NCBI GenBank assembly: GCA_026986355.1
Contig: JALSOO010000030.1
Coordinates: 1 to 57,362 of the forward strand
From: Campylobacteraceae bacterium
GTDB taxonomy: Bacteria > Campylobacterota > Campylobacteria > Campylobacterales > Sulfurovaceae
DNA length: 57,362 nt
Direction of reading: 5' to 3'
The notes under the pieces: model-generated
What the model was told of the DNA's origin: nothing
The model's database searches: none
What the model saw: only the letters and a program-made list of their open reading frames with translations
Made by a program: the position numbers and the translations under genes
Part shown: positions 10,958 to 21,151 of the stretch, one piece after another
Position numbering within the stretch: position 1 is the first letter of the stretch
Layout of the letters: each line of letters begins with the position of its first letter

Positions 10958-12025
10958 CTATTTAAACCTTTTTTGATAGTTAGGATTCTCTTTTAGGGTC
11001 TCTTTACTTTTTGGATAGTTTTCTACAAACCATATAAGAAAGGCTGTTACATCTATTTTCTGAGATAACATTACATCTCTTTTGTTTATAAACTCATCTT
11101 TTTTATTGTTCTTTAAAATTTCTATAGATTTATCTATTATTTTATCTATTGAGAGTAGGTATTGGATTAATCCGTACTTCTCTTGTTGTTTAATCGTATT
11201 GGGGTGTAGTGAGTTTATATATATAGTTGGTGTTCCAAGCATTGCTGATTCACTAGCCATGGTTGCACCCTCTCCGATAAAGAGTGATGCAAAACTCAAA
11301 GCATCATGCATCTTCTCTGGAGGTATCTTTATCTGATATTTTTTTATTTTATTGGGTAGCTCTCCTTCTGATGATATAAATATTTTTACTTTAGTAGATA
11401 GCTTTTCTATAAGTTTAATCTTCTCTTCTAGTTTTAATCCAACTTGACCTATATCATGTGTTGCATTCCATGAGACAAAACGTACTATTATATAATGCTC
11501 ATTACTTGAAATTCCTAAAATTTCATATATATCTCTATTTGGAGTAAACCAATTAGGGTGTAGATAGGCTAATTCATGGTAGCCACTATATTCAACTATA
11601 TTATCTCCTCTTAATGGAGGTATTTGGAATTTATTGATAAATATAGCTTCTGTAAATGGTTTATATAGCCTTACTTGTTCCATATTGAATGTATCTTCAA
11701 AAGATAGATGAGGTTTTTTTAGGATAAAAGAGGCATGTGATGCATACATTGAACCTGCACTTAGAAAGATATCAGGTTTAAATTTTATACCTGCTACTAT
11801 CTCTTGTATATCAAATTTAATTAATCCAATTATTTTTCCCCATATTGATTTAAATTTTTTTCCAAATACAATATATCTAAAGCCATAACTCTTTAGAAGT
11901 TCTACTTCAAACTCTTTATCTCTACATGTAAAGAGTATATTATGCCCTCTGTTTTGCATAGTTAGTGCAAAATTTTTCAACAGATGTACATGTGCAGGGT
12001 GTCCTATATCTATTAATATTCTCAT
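10958..12025 (-). CDS. DUF354-family GT-B fold protein
   Basis: ILIDIGHPAHVH, ELAYLHP, IVRFVSWNATHD and GEGATMASESAMLGTP motifs. Confidence 0.85.
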   Translation of the reverse strand: MRILIDIGHPAHVHLLKNFALTMQNRGHNILFTCRDKEFEVELLKSYGFRYIVFGKKFKSIWGKIIGLIKFDIQEIVAGIKFKPDIFLSAGSMYASHASFILKKPHLSFEDTFNMEQVRLYKPFTEAIFINKFQIPPLRGDNIVEYSGYHELAYLHPNWFTPNRDIYEILGISSNEHYIIVRFVSWNATHDIGQVGLKLEEKIKLIEKLSTKVKIFISSEGELPNKIKKYQIKIPPEKMHDALSFASLFIGEGATMASESAMLGTPTIYINSLHPNTIKQQEKYGLIQYLLSIDKIIDKSIEILKNNKKDEFINKRDVMLSQKIDVTAFLIWFVENYPKSKETLKENPNYQKRFK

Positions 12026-12993
12026 CTTCCATACCTCATATTTTTATATATTTTTTTTGCTTTATTCTTGGCATAGTTAAAAAAGTTATCATTCCATACT
12101 CTATAGTATGGAGTTAACTCTCCTCCAAATCTTCTATAAAACTCCTCTACACCAAATAGCATAGAGCCTTCAAAATCATACAATTCACACTTATCATGTA
12201 AATCTATAATTGTCCAATGTATTAGATAGGCATTTGCTCCTCGTATCTCATTGTTGACATCTATACCATTGAGTAGAAGATAGGATGATTTTTCATTATG
12301 TACTAGACCACATACAGCGATACACTGGTCATTACTATTATAAGCTCCATAAGATGTAAAGTTGTTTTTAATCGTTTTTGTATAGTTTTCCAATTTTTCT
12401 CTATTAAAAGGGGCTTTGCTCCCTTGTCTTAGAAACGTTTTATTGACTAAATCCCATAAATCTTCAAAGGGAATATTATTTTTAATAATAACAGACTCTT
12501 TTTTTGCATTTTTAATGTTTCTTTTTATATTTAGATGAAAATTATTATAAATCTCATCTAATGTATGCTCTCTATTGCTTATTATATAGGTATAGCGTGT
12601 TTGTTGAGTTAATCCATGCCAAGATAGTGGTATCCAATTTTGAAATTGTGGGTGGAAATAGTAGTCAAATGATTTTATTTTTTTTAACTCTTGGGTTAAT
12701 ATATCCATATATTTATACTCTTTTGCAACTATTTTTTGTCTATTTCCTTCCTCTTTTCTAAAGATAATTCCTAGATATTTATCCAACATTGGATTGGCAT
12801 AGGTTTTTATTTCATTTTTTGCCAAAATAATTCCTGCTTTTATTATGTTTTTATCTTCAATAACTGCTATTTTATATTCAACTTGTAGGGCATCAAGATA
12901 CCAACTTTTTGAAAATATTGAACCTTGTATTGAGTTATCTACAAACTCATTCCATAATTTATATTCATCTTTTTTTAAATATTTAAATTCCAT
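12022..12993 (-). CDS. GNAT/FemAB-like acyltransferase
   Basis: WNEFVDNS.QGSIF N-terminus and C-terminal YDFEGS...FYRRFGG motif. Confidence 0.7.
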   Translation of the reverse strand: MEFKYLKKDEYKLWNEFVDNSIQGSIFSKSWYLDALQVEYKIAVIEDKNIIKAGIILAKNEIKTYANPMLDKYLGIIFRKEEGNRQKIVAKEYKYMDILTQELKKIKSFDYYFHPQFQNWIPLSWHGLTQQTRYTYIISNREHTLDEIYNNFHLNIKRNIKNAKKESVIIKNNIPFEDLWDLVNKTFLRQGSKAPFNREKLENYTKTIKNNFTSYGAYNSNDQCIAVCGLVHNEKSSYLLLNGIDVNNEIRGANAYLIHWTIIDLHDKCELYDFEGSMLFGVEEFYRRFGGELTPYYRVWNDNFFNYAKNKAKKIYKNMRYGR

Positions 12994-14829
12994 CTATTTT
13001 ATCTCCATCTCTTTTAACCATAGAGTTAGATTTATCCATTTCCAAATCTCTTTTGAACAGTTAATCTCTCTCTTTAAATGTCTTTTATACATCTCTATTG
13101 CTATATTGGTATCTATATATTTTTTTAGTATATCATCTGGATTTTCCAATATATCAAACACTTTTTTCTGAAAATACTCCTCTCTAAACCACTCATCTTC
13201 TGGGGTTTCAAATCCCATTTTGTCATATCTTAGTCTAATCTTTTCTGGTATAATAGATTTCATACTCTCTCTTAATATATATTTAGTAAGACCTTTCCTA
13301 ATATAACTCTCATTGGTTTGCGAGAGTGTCTGCTCTACCAAACGATAATCAAGAAAAGGTACACGTGACTCAATAGAGAATCTCATGGAGTTTAAATCTG
13401 ACCATTTTAGAAGATGTTCTAGTTTATACTCAAAATGGTTGATTAGTGCATCTTTGAGACTCTTAGACCCATATAACTCTTTTGAGACTATATTATTCGT
13501 TGCGTAGTTTTTGTAGAACTCTTTTTGAATATAAGAGTTTTTTTGAGTTCTTAACTTTGTTTTTAACTTTTCAGGTAATATAAAAAAGAGTAGCGTCTTT
13601 AACCCATAGAGTGATTTATGTTTTGTTGTATAGTGGTATATCTCTTTTGTTAACTTGAATAGAGATATTTTTTTTAGAAGCTCTTTGAAGTAGAATCCAT
13701 AAAAGTAGTGATACCCAGCCAACTGTTCATCTGCTCCTTGTCCATCAAGGGTTACTACTACATGCTCTTTGGCAAGTTTCATTACACTATATTGAGCATA
13801 GATACTAGTCGTTGGTACAGGTTCATCAAGATAGTGAACCATATCTTCTAAATCGCTATAGAGAGTTTTTGCTATAGGAGTTATAAAGTGCATCTTTCTT
13901 AGATAGGAACGCATCTCCTCTATATAGCTACTCTCATCTCCAGTTTCTCCTTTTTTATAGACAGCAGAGAATGTTTGAATATCTTTTATATCTAATTTCT
14001 TTACAATAGTTGAAGCAATACTAGAAGAGTCCAACCCACCACTCAAGCATACTCCAACAGGTACATCTGACCTCATGCGTAGCTTTATAGATGAGGTAAA
14101 TTGTGATAGATACTCTTGGCTATCTATCGGTTTTTTATTACATTTACTCTTTAGGTCATACCATTTTTTTAGTTTAAACTCTCCATTACTTTTGAGTATA
14201 AATGAGTGTCCATGTGGGATTTTATATATCTCTTTGTAAAAAGTAGTGTGATTGTAATCAGTTCTATTAAATACTAAATAGTTAAAAATAGCCTCTTCAT
14301 TGATAGTTAATGGATTAGTTAGAGCCTCTTTTATCGCTTTTATCTCTGAAGCATATATAAATGTATCACTATCTTTATAATAATAAAAAGGTTTGATACC
14401 AAATCTATCTCTTGCACCAAAAATCTCTTTAGTTTCTCTATTGTAGATGACAAAAGCCCACATACCATTAAATCTATCCAAACACTTCTCTCCCCACTCT
14501 TGATAGGATTTAATTAGTACTTCTGTATCGCTTTGGGTTTTAAATATATATCCTTTCTCTATTAACTCCTCTCTTAACTCAATATAGTTATATATCTCTC
14601 CATTAAATGTCAAGATTAGATTATTATCATCACTAACCATCGGTTGATGTCCTGCATTGGATAGGTCAATAATACTAAGTCTTACAAATCCAAGTGCAAC
14701 TTGACCATTAATAATGTATCCGTCATCATCAGGTCCTCTATGCTTGATAGCTTTTATCATCTTCTTTATTACTGCTAGATTATCTTCTTTTTTTGGGGAA
14801 AAATCTATTTTTCCTACTATTCCACACAT
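12994..14829 (-). CDS. asnB: Asparagine synthase-like glutamine amidotransferase (polysaccharide amidation type)
   Basis: MCGI Ntn start, HRGPD, NGEIYN, LSGGLDSS, GQGADE and RVPFLD. Confidence 0.93.
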   Translation of the reverse strand: MCGIVGKIDFSPKKEDNLAVIKKMIKAIKHRGPDDDGYIINGQVALGFVRLSIIDLSNAGHQPMVSDDNNLILTFNGEIYNYIELREELIEKGYIFKTQSDTEVLIKSYQEWGEKCLDRFNGMWAFVIYNRETKEIFGARDRFGIKPFYYYKDSDTFIYASEIKAIKEALTNPLTINEEAIFNYLVFNRTDYNHTTFYKEIYKIPHGHSFILKSNGEFKLKKWYDLKSKCNKKPIDSQEYLSQFTSSIKLRMRSDVPVGVCLSGGLDSSSIASTIVKKLDIKDIQTFSAVYKKGETGDESSYIEEMRSYLRKMHFITPIAKTLYSDLEDMVHYLDEPVPTTSIYAQYSVMKLAKEHVVVTLDGQGADEQLAGYHYFYGFYFKELLKKISLFKLTKEIYHYTTKHKSLYGLKTLLFFILPEKLKTKLRTQKNSYIQKEFYKNYATNNIVSKELYGSKSLKDALINHFEYKLEHLLKWSDLNSMRFSIESRVPFLDYRLVEQTLSQTNESYIRKGLTKYILRESMKSIIPEKIRLRYDKMGFETPEDEWFREEYFQKKVFDILENPDDILKKYIDTNIAIEMYKRHLKREINCSKEIWKWINLTLWLKEMEIK

Positions 14830-15755
14830 TTTTTCTCCTTAACTATACCGTTATATATATTTACTATTTTTTTTGCAATCACATCTGATTTTAGATGGAC
14901 TATAGCCTCTCGTCCATTGGTTCTTTTATTATATTTTATAGCCTTTTCTATCTTTGAAGCAAACTCTTTATATTCAAAACTAGAGATAAAACACCCCTCT
15001 GTTCTATTTATTATATCTTTTACATCTCCTACATTTGTCGAGACAATAGGTACATTACACGCCATTGTCTCTTTGATAGCATTTGGACTTCCCTCCCATA
15101 GACTAGTTAATATCACCACATCAGCTGAGTTATAATAATAAGGAATTTGCTCATTTGGAATATCTACTAGATAATGAAGTTCTATCTCTTGATTTCCAAT
15201 ATAGGTTATAGCATCTTTGGCAAGTTTGAAATTTTTTTCAACTCTATTAGGATTTGATGTAAATAGAATATGTTTTTTTTCTATATCCCACTGTGTCACT
15301 TTTAGTGCTATATCTCTAGGTATTGGTTTAAATCTATCCATATCTATGCCATTAGGGATTATAGAGACATCTTTTTGTCCAAATGTTTCATACATATCTT
15401 TAGACTTAACAATAGTTTTTGACCATGATAGACGATAGAATAGATAGATTATCCATCTAAACCATCTTTTTGCTTTTACATCATCTCCCATTAATGAAAC
15501 AACTATATTTTTTGCTCCAGCAAATGATGTTACTATTCCTGAAATCCAATAGTGTGCATGGACTACATCATAGTTACTATTTTTAAGATAACTTCTTAAT
15601 CTAAAGATAGATTTTATATACCCCTTTGCTCCTCTTCCTTGTATTGTAAAAAAATCAATTTCAACTCCCTCCTTTTTGAGGGATTCTCCTTGATTACTGA
15701 CTATGGGGCTTATCCCATTTTGTGTATTACCACTACTTATAAATATTACTTTCAT
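14817..15755 (-). CDS. Glycosyltransferase family 4
   Basis: VHAHY, IPNGID and SLWEGSPNAIKE (EX7E) motifs. Confidence 0.9.
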   Translation of the reverse strand: MKVIFISSGNTQNGISPIVSNQGESLKKEGVEIDFFTIQGRGAKGYIKSIFRLRSYLKNSNYDVVHAHYWISGIVTSFAGAKNIVVSLMGDDVKAKRWFRWIIYLFYRLSWSKTIVKSKDMYETFGQKDVSIIPNGIDMDRFKPIPRDIALKVTQWDIEKKHILFTSNPNRVEKNFKLAKDAITYIGNQEIELHYLVDIPNEQIPYYYNSADVVILTSLWEGSPNAIKETMACNVPIVSTNVGDVKDIINRTEGCFISSFEYKEFASKIEKAIKYNKRTNGREAIVHLKSDVIAKKIVNIYNGIVKEKKCVE

Positions 15756-15773
15756 TCTTTTCCTTAAAATATA

Positions 15774-17114
15774 TTATCTATTGTTCCAATAGTAGATTAT
15801 AAAAATTAAAGAGATTACCGAGGTATAAAAGAACTCTTTAAAGAGTCTTTTTCTTTTTATTTTAATTAAATCTCTATCGTATTTATCTAAAAACCAAAAT
15901 GCCACTATAAAAATAAAAGGTATGTGTGAAATAGCCTTTCTAAGTTCCAACCCATCCATCAAAAAGGTTAATGCACTCATCTCAAATATAATAAATAGGG
16001 ATATAGGATATAGAGAGGTAAATCCTTTTTTAAAGATATAAAAGACTCCAAGCCAAAAAGGTATAGCTAATAGCATTCTATATATCAATCCTGAGGCATA
16101 AAACATGGTTGAGACTTTACTATCTGATATTAGGGTAGGTATTGGTCCTATTGTTTGAGAGAGTATATTTACAGCATAGGTAAAACCTACCCCTCCAATT
16201 ACCATTCCTTGACTCTCTCTAGCTTCTATCAATGTATCTACTCCTCCTGTAGTATAGATATTAACCATTGTGATAATTGTTCCTATCATTGCTACTGCTC
16301 CTAATAAAATCAAAATAGAGCCTACTTTTATAGTAAGGTTTCCCTCTCGTGTAACAAGTGAAGTAATAACAATACCTGCAACAATCATCATGGCTATAGC
16401 AGGTCTAAATAGGAAAAGTGTTCCTAAAAATATAAATGAACTAATAAGATAGAGGCTATTTTTAGTATATATAAATTTATAATAGAACTCAAACGCTAAA
16501 AGTACAAACATTACCATTAAGCTCTCTTTTAACCCTGTGGAGTTAAAAAAGAGTACAAATGAGGAGATAGAGTAGCTTAGTGATGATAAAAAAGCATATT
16601 TCTTTGTCATAAAATTACTACTTAATCCAAATATAGATACAGCTGATATAACCGATATAAATAGATAGAGTAAATTTAGCATTAGATTAGATACATATAT
16701 TTTATAGAGTGGATATAAGACCAATATAATTCCTAAATCATCAACATCCATAAAGCTTAGATAGTGTTTAATCCCTTCTATATATGACATATCTAATATC
16801 TCCAAAGTTAGACGATGGTATAGATAGGCATCTGAAAAGCTAAACATATAAAAGTTATCATTATAGATATAGGAGATACTGTTTTGTATAACCATGAAAA
16901 ATAGTACATACAAAAATACCTCTATTCTTAAATATCTTCTATTATAAAATTTATCTTGTAGATTTGAATTAATAGAGAGAGTCTTATAATAGATTATAGA
17001 TGTGAATATTGTAAAAAATATAACTAATGGATAGTTTGCTGTAATTTTTATGGATAAAGTAATATACAATATTATCGTTGCTAATATATATATATTATTA
17101 ATTAAACCAAGCAT
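15774..17114 (-). CDS. Polytopic membrane protein, candidate Wzy polymerase
   Basis: About 11-12 hydrophobic segments with a D..Y loop and GLKE motif; apart from the flippase, the only polytopic candidate in the locus. Confidence 0.55.
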   Translation of the reverse strand: MLGLINNIYILATIILYITLSIKITANYPLVIFFTIFTSIIYYKTLSINSNLQDKFYNRRYLRIEVFLYVLFFMVIQNSISYIYNDNFYMFSFSDAYLYHRLTLEILDMSYIEGIKHYLSFMDVDDLGIILVLYPLYKIYVSNLMLNLLYLFISVISAVSIFGLSSNFMTKKYAFLSSLSYSISSFVLFFNSTGLKESLMVMFVLLAFEFYYKFIYTKNSLYLISSFIFLGTLFLFRPAIAMMIVAGIVITSLVTREGNLTIKVGSILILLGAVAMIGTIITMVNIYTTGGVDTLIEARESQGMVIGGVGFTYAVNILSQTIGPIPTLISDSKVSTMFYASGLIYRMLLAIPFWLGVFYIFKKGFTSLYPISLFIIFEMSALTFLMDGLELRKAISHIPFIFIVAFWFLDKYDRDLIKIKRKRLFKEFFYTSVISLIFIIYYWNNR

Positions 17115-17129
17115 AAATTCTCTTCTCTT

Positions 17130-18977
17130 TTATATTGACATCTCTGTATTTTTAAGCCACAGAACAAGATTGAGTAGTTTCCATAAGATATATCCATTAT
17201 CTTTTTTCTTGCTTATATGCTCTTGCATTAGAGTTTCAATCTTTTTATTATAGAGTTCTGATTCTCTAATATTTTTAAGCATAAAATCTTTCATAGATGT
17301 TCTTAACCAGTGTTGAAAAGGTACTCCAAAACCTTTTTTTGGACCATATAGAATCTTTTTAGGGACAACATCTTCAAATGCTTTTTTTAGAATATACTTC
17401 TTATCTTTACCTTTGATTTTATAGTCTGCAGGTAGACTCATAGCATACTGGGCTAACTCGTTATCTAAAAATGGAACACGTATCTCTAAACTATTTGCCA
17501 TTGTTGCCCTATCAACCTTTTCAAAATACAAATCAGGTAAAATAATATTTATATCCGTATATAATGCTCTATTTACAGGATCTAACTTTTTGAACTTTTC
17601 ATAAAAATATTGATATCGTTGAAAAGGGTTAACCTCTTTTAGTCTACTTTTTGTGCTTTCATTAAGATAGTCAGCAGGGTCTTCATCAAACATCTCTTGA
17701 GATAATATATATGCCATCTCTTTGCTAGGATCTTTTTGATATAGTGCAAATAGAAATCTTAGACCCTTATATTTTGAGCTACTTTTAGGAATAACTTTTT
17801 TAAATAGTGGGAAAAGTTTAGATACTGCTTTGTAGGAATCATAGTGATAGAGTCGAATATATCTATGGTATCCAGCAAATAGTTCATCTCCTCCATCACC
17901 TTGTAGTATAACTTTCTCTTTTCCTTTTAGCTCTTTAGACATTAAATAGAGAGGAATATTTGCAGCATCTCCAAATGGTTGGTCAAAGTAGTAGTTAACA
18001 TCTTCTAAAATATTTATAATATCTTCGCCTTTAATGTGCATCTCATTATGTTCTGTATTGTAGAAGTCTGCAATATATTTTGCATTATCTAGCTCATTGT
18101 CTCCATTGTTAAAATCAAATCCAGCAGAGAATGTTTTTATTTTTCCTTTATAATGTTTTGTAGCATATGCTGTGATTGCAGTTGAATCAATACCTCCACT
18201 CAAAAATATTCCAACAGGGACATCTGCTATTAGTTGTCTCTTTACAGCATTTTCAAATACTCTTTTTGTTTTAGATACAGCTTCTTCAAAACTATCTTTA
18301 GTTTGAGTTATATCATGGTTAGATTTGTATCTATCTATCTTTAGTTTATGCTTTTCTATATCATAGGTTATATACTCTCCTGCCTCTAATTTTTTGATAC
18401 CTTTATAAAAAGTATTTTCTCCAAGTGTTGTAGCAAAGTGTAAATATTCATAGAGACCTTGATAGTTTAACTCTTTTTTTATAACCTTTGAGGCGATTAT
18501 CGCTTTAATCTCTGAACCAAAGATTAAATCTTCTCCATTATGATAGTAGTAGAGTGGTTTAACTCCAAATCTATCTCGTGTTATATAGAGTTTATTTAGC
18601 TTTTTATCATAAATGGAAAAAGCAAACATACCATTTAACTTCTCAAATATTTTGACACCCCAATACCCAAACCCTTCTAAAATTATCTCTGTATCGGATT
18701 CTTTATTAAAAACAACACCTAGATATTTAAGCTCCTTTTTTAAATCTAAAAAGTTATATATCTCTCCATTATAGACTATTATATATCTCCCGTTTTTACT
18801 AACCATTGGTTGATTTGAATCATCACTTAAATCCAATATAGATAGTCGGGTATGTCCTAATGCTAAATTTTTATTTTTTAAATAGTTTTGGTTATCTGGC
18901 CCTCGATGAGTAATTGTGCTATTCATCTCCTCTATGTCAATCTCTTTTTGGGATACATACCCACATATTCCACACAC
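17130..18977 (-). CDS. asnB: Second asparagine synthase-like amidotransferase (GTG start)
   Basis: MCGICG, HRGPD, LSGGIDS, GDGGDE and RVPFLD. Confidence 0.93.
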   Translation of the reverse strand: MCGICGYVSQKEIDIEEMNSTITHRGPDNQNYLKNKNLALGHTRLSILDLSDDSNQPMVSKNGRYIIVYNGEIYNFLDLKKELKYLGVVFNKESDTEIILEGFGYWGVKIFEKLNGMFAFSIYDKKLNKLYITRDRFGVKPLYYYHNGEDLIFGSEIKAIIASKVIKKELNYQGLYEYLHFATTLGENTFYKGIKKLEAGEYITYDIEKHKLKIDRYKSNHDITQTKDSFEEAVSKTKRVFENAVKRQLIADVPVGIFLSGGIDSTAITAYATKHYKGKIKTFSAGFDFNNGDNELDNAKYIADFYNTEHNEMHIKGEDIINILEDVNYYFDQPFGDAANIPLYLMSKELKGKEKVILQGDGGDELFAGYHRYIRLYHYDSYKAVSKLFPLFKKVIPKSSSKYKGLRFLFALYQKDPSKEMAYILSQEMFDEDPADYLNESTKSRLKEVNPFQRYQYFYEKFKKLDPVNRALYTDINIILPDLYFEKVDRATMANSLEIRVPFLDNELAQYAMSLPADYKIKGKDKKYILKKAFEDVVPKKILYGPKKGFGVPFQHWLRTSMKDFMLKNIRESELYNKKIETLMQEHISKKKDNGYILWKLLNLVLWLKNTEMSI

Positions 18978-20068
18978 TATAAACCTCCATTTATATATAT
19001 TTTTTTATAATTTTTTGTACAAATCTCTATTGAATATTTTTTGTTAAATAGTTCTATATTCTTCTTTTTTATCTTATTTATCTCTTCTTTGTTCAAATAT
19101 AGAAACAGTTTAACAACTTTTAGATACGACTCTTTATCTATTTCTTTAGATAGAAATCCATTTTCCCAATTTTTTATTAAGTCTCGTAGAGAGCCAACAG
19201 GTGTAGATAGTATTGGTACTCCAAGAGATAGAGCTTCTAATGCAACGATAGGTAGTCCTTCATGAAGAGAGGTTATTACTAATGCATCAGAAGATTTGAT
19301 ATAATCTCCGATATTCTCTTTTGCTCCTAAATAAAAGATATTAGAAGCAGGATTGTCGTTTATATAGGATAAAAATTTTAATTCTTCAGAGGTATCTTTT
19401 CCTATAATTAATAGCTTTGAATTTTCAAGATTTGAAAATATATCAAGTAGAAGAGGTATATTTTTCTCTTCTGCTAATCTTCCAATAAAGATAAAAATTT
19501 TGTTATATTGATTCTCTCGAATCTTTTCAACCTCCTCTTTAACTTTATGAAAATATAAGCTATCTTTTAATTTAGATATACCATTATAAACTGTATAAAA
19601 ATTCAATTCTGGAAAGGCATTTTTATATTCACTCTCTATATTTTCTGCTAAACATACAAATTTAATACGTTTAAAAAACCAAAATCTTGATAATCGTTTA
19701 AACGTATTTTCATAAGAATTAAACTCATTATGAATGGTATATATAAAATTTATGTTTTTGAAATATGGAATCAAAAACATAAAATATTGAAGCGTTGATA
19801 TGAGATGTATATGAACAATATCTGGTTTTTTATTTTTTAAGATTTTATATAGTTTATAGATGAAGATAGGATTAAATCCTCTCTGTTTATCTAGCTCTAT
19901 TAAATCTATATCTTTATCTAATCTCTTTGGAAAAAACATCCAATCTTGAACTTTTCTAAAACTTAATAGAGTAATATCATCTTCTCTATTGAGTTGATTG
20001 CTCAACTCAACGACCAATTTTTCTGCTCCACCATTTCCAAGTTGGCTAATTGTTTGTAGTATTCTCAT
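18977..20068 (-). CDS. Glycosyltransferase family 4
   Basis: GGAEK, GRLAEEKN and SLHEGLPIVALE motifs. Confidence 0.9.
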   Translation of the reverse strand: MRILQTISQLGNGGAEKLVVELSNQLNREDDITLLSFRKVQDWMFFPKRLDKDIDLIELDKQRGFNPIFIYKLYKILKNKKPDIVHIHLISTLQYFMFLIPYFKNINFIYTIHNEFNSYENTFKRLSRFWFFKRIKFVCLAENIESEYKNAFPELNFYTVYNGISKLKDSLYFHKVKEEVEKIRENQYNKIFIFIGRLAEEKNIPLLLDIFSNLENSKLLIIGKDTSEELKFLSYINDNPASNIFYLGAKENIGDYIKSSDALVITSLHEGLPIVALEALSLGVPILSTPVGSLRDLIKNWENGFLSKEIDKESYLKVVKLFLYLNKEEINKIKKKNIELFNKKYSIEICTKNYKKIYINGGL

Positions 20069-20074
20069 AGGTTT

Positions 20075-21151
20075 TTAGCTCCATATCTTTAGATACTCTT
20101 GTGCTATTTTTTTATAGTCATGATGTTGTTTAACAAACTCTCTTGATTCTCTACCCATATCTTCTATACTATTTTTTTTCTCTATTAAATTTTCTATCAC
20201 TTTAATTAACTCAATAGAGTTAGGAGTAACATTGATAATAGGAGAAGTTGTTACCCTATAATTACTCTTTAGAGACTCTGGTTCTGCTCCACCAATCACA
20301 ACTTTTCCCATTGCCATTGCATAGATACCATTGACACCCAAAGAGTAGGAGTTCATCTGGTCAATTACAACATTTGTTTTTCCCATAAGTTTTAGATACT
20401 CATCGAGTGGTAATCCACCATCTATAATAAGCTCTAAATCATTTGGATATTTCTCTCTTAGATAATCAAATGCCTCTTCTACATATTTTGTACCTTTAAA
20501 TCCATATCTATTCAATCCATGGAATATAACTATTTTCCCATCTTTTATCTTGTTTGGTTTATACTCTATCTTGTCTATATTCATAGGAATTGGAATTGTC
20601 TTTTTTATTTTATCTTGATTACTATACTCTTCATAGGCAATTTCATAATCGTACATTATCGGAATAATTCCATCAACCATATTTAATATATCAAGGTTGT
20701 GTTGGTATGCTTTTTTACTCTCCATAAAAAAGGTATCGGATTTAATATCATATTTAAGATAATCATCAAATGGACCATATCGCATCTTCTTTCGTGCAAC
20801 TTTCCAAACAAATGAGTCTTCTCCTGCACCAACTAGAAAAGATTTTTTATTTCGTTTACATATATATTGTAGATACTGTTTAGCAGGAAATAGTTTTCGA
20901 TACATTAGAAAAGGATTTATAATCTGTACTACATCAAATCCAGTAAGTTGATTGATATTTAAAATAGGAAAGACTCTGTTAGAGATACCATCTTTTAGTA
21001 GTTTATGATGATAGTTCAAATCAATATCACTCTCTATCTTTTTCCAACCATCTCCATGTGAAGCCAATACAACTTCATGCCCAAGTGCAACCAATCCCTC
21101 TTTTAAGTTCTTGTGGAAAGCACTAAACTCTCCTAATAATAATATTCTCAT
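20075..21151 (-). CDS. GT-B glycosyltransferase
   Basis: [18 protein letters not shown] and AMAMGKVV motifs. Confidence 0.8.
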   Translation of the reverse strand: MRILLLGEFSAFHKNLKEGLVALGHEVVLASHGDGWKKIESDIDLNYHHKLLKDGISNRVFPILNINQLTGFDVVQIINPFLMYRKLFPAKQYLQYICKRNKKSFLVGAGEDSFVWKVARKKMRYGPFDDYLKYDIKSDTFFMESKKAYQHNLDILNMVDGIIPIMYDYEIAYEEYSNQDKIKKTIPIPMNIDKIEYKPNKIKDGKIVIFHGLNRYGFKGTKYVEEAFDYLREKYPNDLELIIDGGLPLDEYLKLMGKTNVVIDQMNSYSLGVNGIYAMAMGKVVIGGAEPESLKSNYRVTTSPIINVTPNSIELIKVIENLIEKKNSIEDMGRESREFVKQHHDYKKIAQEYLKIWS

